64,000 nt of DNA, taken from Calcarisporiella thermophila CBS 279.70 (Eukaryota > Fungi > Calcarisporiellomycota). Of this stretch, positions 57,470-64,000 are shown one piece after another (the stretch's first letter is position 1; each line of letters opens with the position of its first letter). The notes beneath the pieces are model-generated. The model ran no database searches, had not been told where the DNA came from, and worked only from the letters and a program-made list of their open reading frames with translations. The stretch is from positions 384,092 to 448,091 of the forward strand of contig NW_027192209.1 in NCBI RefSeq assembly GCF_041956535.1, read 5' to 3'. The position numbers and the translations under genes were made by a program.

Positions 57470-59582
57470 ATGGCTACCATGTACAGATCTTCCCGCCGCC
57501 CTCCTAGCTTTCATGGTGATAGCTCTGAAGCTACCTCACCCAATGTTAATGATGCTAGGAAGCGGCAGTCCAAAAAAGATGAGGTAATCATTGATATATT
57601 CATGCTAATGCCATCGAATATTCATTAAGTGTTCAATCACTTTAATTGCAGGCTATTCGAAAGAAAATCGAGCAGGAACTTTCTAAAAAGCGCAACAGCC
57701 CTCGCCAAACCCGCCTTACTTCCAAGAAGCAGATCCAAGGTACTGTGAGCGCCCTGCGGCCATCGTTTGCTTTGACTGTGCGTGAGAATTGCTTGGTTGT
57801 GGAAGCGAGTCAATTGATGGCTGCAAAACGGAGCGATTGTGTGTTGGTGGTGGATGATGAAGATCGTCTCTGCGGAATTTTCACAGCTAAGGATATTGCA
57901 TTTCGATTGGTCGCAGAGGACTACGATGCCAGGTACTGCGAAAATGTTTGCTCAATTCTTCTTTTTTTTTAGATATTGATCTCCTATGTATCATAGAGCT
58001 ACTCCTGTCTCTGTAATCATGACAAGAAATCCAACTTGCGTAACCAGCGATACTCCAGCTCCAGATGCTTTAGAGACCATGGTGCAACGTGGGTTCCGAC
58101 ACCTTCCCGTTTTGAACGAGGATGGTGATGTGGTTGGGCTCTTGGATATTACTAAATGCTTGTTACAAGCTCTGGAAAGAATGGATCGTGCATTTGGGAC
58201 GTCTAGGAAACTTTATGAAGCTCTTGAGGGTGTTCAATCGGAATGGAGTGGCGCTGATCGCAGGTAATTCTGAAATAATTTTGGGTGCTAACTAGCTCAA
58301 TGCTGAAACGAATGCGTGTATCTACTATAGCTTCTTTTCGGTGATGAAGCAGATACGCGAGAAGATGTCCTGCCCGGATCTGAACTCAGTTCTTGATGGA
58401 GCTCAACACGCGGAAGTTGGTGTGCGCACCAATGTGCATGAGGCAGCAAAGTTGATGAAGTCAGTTCGCAAAACTTCTGTTCTTGTGATGGAGAATGGCA
58501 ACATTGCCGGCATCTTTACGTCGAAGGATATTGTATTGCGAGTCATTGCGGCGGGTTTGGCCCCTTCGTCATGTAGCGTTGTGCGCGTGATGACACCGCA
58601 TCCTGACACGGCTACGCCGACCACCACAATTTTAGATGCCCTGAAAAAAATGCACGAAGGACACTATCTCAATTTGCCTGTCATCGACGACATTAGCCGC
58701 GATGTGCTTGGGGTGGTGAATGTGCTCCAGCTGACTTATGCGATGTTGGAGGAAATCAGTAGTATTGAAGGACAAGGTGAGAAGGGAAGAGGGATGGTGA
58801 ACCGATTTTGGCAGTCATTTGCTACGCACGATGATGCGGAATCCGCCAGTGTCACTTCGGACACCGTTGCCTCCACACCAAGTGGGGCTGGGCATGTATA
58901 CCCCCCTACACCCTCAAGTATATCGCGCGCTTCGCGGCCCAATACCTATCCTTCTCGTGACTCGCCAACCCCATCTCAAAATTACCTTCATGAGGAGCAG
59001 GCTGCGGCCGAAGGAGAATACACATTCAAATTCCGGTCTCCAACTGGCAAAATGCACCGCTTTGTTGCCGAGACGAATTCTCTGTCCCACATCCGTGATG
59101 CCATTAAGTCTAAATTACTGAACGAGCGCATCAGTTTGGAGGACCTGGCTGCATCTCTTCACGCTGACACCTCGGATGCAGCCTTAGACGACAGCTGGAT
59201 CGCACTGAGCTACGTGGACGACGACAATGACCACGTGCTGATATCAAGCGACGCCGACCTGATGGACTCTGTACAGGTGGCGCGGAGACAGGGGGCGGGA
59301 AGAGTGATGCTCTATTTGCACGATCACCTGACTCAGCAGCCAATTACCGAGCCTGTTTTAGGGGCTACTGGCGGAGAGCTGGACCACAACCCGACGGCAT
59401 CGCGAGAAGACGAGAAGAGGGAAGTTGAGAAAAAAGCGAAGCGATTGACAGGAAAGAGAGAGGAGAAGCCTGCGCCGTTCGGAGGAATTCCCAACGAACT
59501 CCTTTTGCCGGGTGCGATTGTTGCGTTGGCCGCCACCATTCTTTGCGTATTTGTCGTTGGTCGGTTAACACGCTCGAAGTGA
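57470..59582 (+). CDS. CBS x4 + PB1 + C-terminal TM protein (Mug70-like)
   Basis: RKRQSKKDEAIRKKIE, GTVSALRPS, GIFTAKDIAFR, GFRHLPV, GIFTSKDIVLRVIA, HYLNLPV, FKFRSPTGKMHRF, SYVDDDND, TM tail. Confidence 0.88.
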
Positions 59583-60185
59583 TTTTGCATAAGTTGCAAT
59601 GGTGTAGGAGGGTAGTCTTTGCTAAAGATCGTATAATGTTTCCCTTCTTTTTTTGTACCCATTTTGCTCATTTTCCTATCCTTATTTTATTCTATTTTTT
59701 TTCTTCTTTTTCTTCCTAATGATTTTTACTTCATTTATAATTTTACCACTGTATTAGTCTGAGGCTTATGTTATTTCACTTATCTAGGCTTTTATTTTTA
59801 TTCCTTTCTACCTTCTCTTGTCTTTATCTAAAGCTGATATTAAATCGACTGCTTTCTCTAAAAACCGCCGCATTTGTCCCTTAACAATGGAGATGCTCAA
59901 CTAGAAACAAAATTTATACCTCGCAGATCAGTGTTTGGACTCGATATTTCTCATAGACCGTGATCTCTCTAAGAATACCTCCACTTGTCTATGATTCCTC
60001 ACCTACATTCACCTACACGCGCTCTGTAGCAATGTAAAAGTCATGCTTTCAAGATTTTTCTTTGTAAATCCTTGGCCAAAGAGAAGTGTGGCGTAGTTGC
60101 TGGATCATCTAAATTCTATGGTTAACAGAAACTTTCTCCAAAGATCTTTTTTTCCTTTTCTTATCTCCTATAATCTAAAGATCCT

Positions 60186-61153
60186 ATGGCGCTGAACTGG
60201 GCGATGCTTCGCGAAGACCGCACGCCGGTTCTTCTTCCACAAGAGAAAATGTTTATTCATCAGGGAGGAGTGCGATTGACATTAGATTGCACAGGAAGGT
60301 AATTCATGAAGGTGGCAAAATGGCTAGAATATAGATTAATCAATTAATTTTTGAATTTTGCAGAGGTTATCCCGGCAATTCGTAAGTTTCTCTCACATTT
60401 ACTCAATAGATCAAAAGCTTAAATCGCTTATCGATGCAATTCATATAGAGGCGGTGTTTATTGCTCTTCAAATGGAACCGTTTTTCTTTCCAACAGACGG
60501 GTAGGAGTATCTTCTATTATATCGACTAGTTCCCCTGTTACAATTCATTTGTTCCATCCGTGCAGATAGTCTACATATGTGCTAATCCACAACCTCACTT
60601 CCAATCACTTTCCGTACCTCTCCGACACTTATCACAAGCTAAATTGAACCAACCTTGGCTTGGACCTAACAATGTAACTGCTGTAGTTCAACCCGTAGGT
60701 GCCCTCTTATTTCAACATGATCCCCATTGCACCAACGTCTTTTTACCGAAACATTTGTTTTTAGGTTAGAGAAGGGGGATTGGAGCTTCCCGGCGTGCTT
60801 AAGCTCGTATTCAACGAGAGTGGTGCATTCGATTTCTACTGCGTATTTCGTGAGCTGTTAGAACGCCTAGCAGGTAAATGCCCGCTCATTTTACCCTTTT
60901 TTTTTTGTATTCATCTCTTTTCTTGTTGCCAGAAAATGAAAGCGAAGCTCCTCCGGACCACTTCGAACCTCTTCCTGTCTATACCGCATCTATGGGCAGT
61001 AGCTCAACAAACATTTCACATACCCCTCCGGTTTCTTCCAGTTCACATTTTCCAGAACCAAGTGCACCGCTGGCAGAAAGTCCCGAGCCAGTGCCGATGA
61101 TTAGGGAAGACGAGCTTCCGCCCAGCTATGATGAGATCGTAAAGCACAGATGA
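60186..61153 (+). CDS. WBP2-like PH/GRAM-domain protein with PPxY/LPxY motifs
   Basis: MALNWAML...LLPQE, G.VFLSNRRIVY, FQSLSVPL, LNQPWLGPN, LKLVFNESGAFDF, LPVY and PPSY; 18-nt microexon at 60364-60381. Confidence 0.8.
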
Positions 61154-61390
61154 GATTGCAAAGCACAGATACTGCTCTTGATCACTCCATAATTGTGTGT
61201 ACGATCCACTTTTGCATAATTATTATCCCCTTCTCTTTATAAGTAATAATAGTAATAAGCTTAGAAGACCGTCAAATCTCTATGAAGCTGAAGCAATGGA
61301 AATAGAGTGTATATTCAAAGCCTGGCAGAAAATGAGCCCAATATTTAAATTTAAAATAGCAAAGAAGAAAAAAAAAAAACAGAAACTCCG

Positions 61391-62972
61391 TCACATCATG
61401 CTATCATCATCGTGCCCGTGCTCGAAAAGATAGTTCGCTGCCATCTCCTCGTCCTTGTCGCACGCAATATATGCTTCTATAGCAATGGCGCGATCAAAAC
61501 CCAATGCTTGTAGCTGGGGTGGTTAGGCAGAAATTATTAGTCAATGTGCAAATGATGGTTGGCCGAACAAGGATGTTATTTACTCTATTGATGGCTTCAT
61601 TTTCCTCCATCGTAATATGAATGACGTCTTCATCGCCCTCCTCACCCTCGTAATCGTCTCCTTCGCCATGCTCCCCACCCTCTCCGCCTTCACCCAACAA
61701 CCGCAAAAATGCCTCCTGGTTACTATCAATCAGCTCCACCAAGCGTGGGTTTGACTGCGCTAGCTGGCTAAGAATCACAGGGAGCAGCTCTGGGTTTTGC
61801 TGAACAAGCTGGCGCAATTGCTGGAATTGCGGCTGATGACGTAAGAAGGAGAGATCAGCATCGCTATCTCCGCCACCTGTGCGCTGTTGTTGTGGTTGTT
61901 GCTGCGCAGCATTGGCAGCAGCCTCAAAAAGATTTTGAGCGGCCTCCCCTTGCTGAGGCTGAGAGTGTTCTGTGGCGCCTGACTGAGGGTTGTGAGTGGC
62001 CTCTTCTCCTTCTAAATCTGCCGGAATTCCCTGTGAAAAATGGGAACCGCAATCAAATTAGACTCTGAATCTATCGGATAGGTTGATGCAGTGAAAATTT
62101 TCAATGATATAATTACATTCATTAAGTATTCCACGGCGCGGTCAGGGTTATTGAAACTAGCTCGCATCGCCCGAATTACCTGCTCCCGCGGAAAGCCCAT
62201 CTCGACCATATTATTAATGGCAGATTCGTACTGTGTCCCTGTTACTAAGACATTCAGATATTAAAGTCAGGATGGAGTCGTCGATAATATCACCTAAACA
62301 TCAATATTTTTTGGAATATAAATACCAAGAGCTTCGGAGGTATTCCAGGAGGAAATTCCGGTATTTTGACTTGGTGCGGCTGCGGGTTGCGGCGGGGCTG
62401 CTGCTTGTTCTCTCGTTGGTTTGTTGTCAGCAGCAACTGATGCCGGGGCAGGAGCAGGGGCAGGAGCAGGGGCAGGAGCAGGAGCAGGGGCAGGAGCTGA
62501 TGCAGAGGAAGTGGATGTAGCATTGCTGGTGGCAGGTTTCGCTGCACTGGTTGTTTTTGGCTAAAATCGTGTTTGTTTATTAATATTCCGTTCAGAATCT
62601 CCCTTTGTTTTTTTTTGCGTACCTTGGAAACCATAAGCACCATAAAGTCCTTTTCAGACATATTCAACTGTCCAAAGACTTGATCATCGCTCAAGATCTT
62701 TCCTATTATACCAAAAATAAATTTTAGGGAATGATTACCAAGACACACGAAAAATAATGCAGATAGTACCTGAAAAAATTAGCTTCTGAGAGGCCGGCTC
62801 GAAACCTTGAGATGTCTGGATCTTGGCTTTCAAAACCGAAACCTATTAGACGCGCAAAAGTTGCAGGTTAGAGCAGTCCAATGCAGAGGCTATTTATTCA
62901 TCGTACCGTATCCTCAGGTTCGGCATCGATTTGGAAAATTTTCTGCTGGAGCGTTTTTATCGAAATCTTCAT
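61391..62972 (-). CDS. RAD23: UV excision repair / ubiquitin receptor Rad23
   Basis: [13 protein letters not shown]...QKLIFSGKIL; [29 protein letters not shown]; XPC-binding [19 protein letters not shown]; second [21 protein letters not shown]. Confidence 0.96.
62445..62497 (-). repeat. 6/12-bp coding repeat giving an (AP)n linker in Rad23
   Basis: GGGGCAGGAGCA-type units repeated on the + strand. Confidence 0.85.
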
Positions 62973-63431
62973 CTTTACAGTTGGTATGGATTATGAAAAC
63001 GAAACTGCTGGACTGGTATATTAGGCTCGAGAATATTCAAACATTTTGTGACGTTGCTTGCCAATCTTTAGTTTGCCCAAATGAGCTCAGAGTTTAATTT
63101 GCTTATATTTTCACAATTGGATTATTCCGATTATTCATGTGTGTTCAATACAGACGCGCCGTGTTGAGTGATGTTCTTTGGCAAGAGAGCTGTTGAGAAT
63201 ACACCACACATATGATGCATGTTTTGTCCAGTGCTTTTTGAATATTTCCTGAGGGAACCTAGTATTTTGCTTGCTTTTTCTGAGGAGAGTCTACGCGGCG
63301 ACCTAGTATTTTTTGTAGCTCGACCAATTTAGATTCGGGGCGTGAAGTATATGCTTATACAAATATTCACAAGATGCTACAGCTACTAAATAGTTTGGTA
63401 TCCATCTGAACTCGACCACTATTATGCATTC

Positions 63432-64000
63432 TCATTCCTCCAACGTACCTAATGCATCTCCCCATCCTGATGTCTCCACTAGGTCGGCAAGTTTATCAAT
63501 TTCTTTTTCGACCCGTTCATTCCAATCCTTCATCGCTCCTTGCCACCCAATTTGCTCAAGAAAATTCTGGCAATATGTTCTGTTTTCAAACAGCCCATGT
63601 AGATATACCCTATATGCAGTAAAGCATTTAGCATGGTTGTCAACTGGTGAATTGATTTTTTTTTTAAAAAAAAATTACCCGTAAATATTACCATTGCACC
63701 ATCCTAGGCCATCTGGTAGATGTTCATTGGCCCCTTTGCCAGCGATGGTTTTGCCACGATGAATCTCGTAGCCACGGATTTTTACGCTTGAGCCATCCCG
63801 GTCTCTCCATTCTGTTTCCCGCTGACGCGTTGTTTTTTGAGGTTCTATCCAAGTTTCAAGGTCCAGCAATCCCAGCCCTCGTACATCAGCTTCGCCTTCT
63901 ATATGATTCTCGTCATGGATATAGTTTCCCAAGATTTGCATCCCTCCGCACACCCCCATCACCAGCTTCCCATGGCTAGCGAATTCCAGTATCTCCTTCT
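63432..64000 (-). CDS. cobQ: Cobyric acid synthase CobQ/CbiP, C-terminal glutamine amidotransferase domain; 5' part outside the window; one spliceosomal intron at 63610-63678
   Basis: Frame is open from the window edge: KEILEFASHGKLVMGVCGGMQILG..IHDENHIEG...GLGLLDLET...KTT...GYEIHRGKT...GNIYG|VYLHGLFEN...EIDKLADLVE. Catalytic Cys (GVCGG) and His (YLHG) are intact. Confidence 0.88.

Noticed and set aside
63257-63312. 12-bp direct repeat ACCTAGTATTTT twice between RAD23 and cobQ (possible insertion scar)
   Set aside because: Only two short AT-rich copies 44 bp apart; they do not flank the gene.
63432-64000. cobQ as bacterial or endosymbiont contamination, or as CobB/GatD
   Set aside because: A stop-containing GT-AG intron splits a conserved motif and the gene abuts RAD23; GYEIH and HGLF motifs fit CobQ rather than CobB or GatD.

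Overview
Gene-dense, intron-rich nuclear DNA from a fungus. A non-Dikarya lineage, most likely Mucoromycota, is inferred from an NIS/rhizoferrin-type siderophore synthetase, a CblC/MMACHC gene and a minor-spliceosome intron. About 33 protein-coding genes could be rebuilt by reading splice junctions. Most are housekeeping: SF3B1, TatD, BCKDHB, WC-2, RPB6, SEC1, PanB, SNU23, MSS51, PMR1, YPP1, eIF6, AsnRS, CAP2, VPS20, GDI1, RAD23. No tRNA, rRNA, CRISPR or recognisable transposon was seen. The standout is the 3' part of an intact cobyric acid synthase gene (cobQ/cbiP, a prokaryotic vitamin B12 biosynthesis enzyme) at the right edge. It carries a spliceosomal GT-AG intron, sits next to RAD23, and lies about 17 kb from a cobalamin-processing MMACHC gene that is head-to-head with the siderophore synthetase. 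Other signals: an unannotated ~350-nt nested-stem structured element (56.8-57.2 kb), an AT-AC U12-type intron in TatD, a Kex2-processed Gly/Tyr/Cys repeat secreted protein, a GPI protein with a probable His-depleted SOD-like fold, and a recurrent GTGGCT promoter motif. All calls come from manual motif recognition; no searches were run, and multi-exon coordinates are outer spans.
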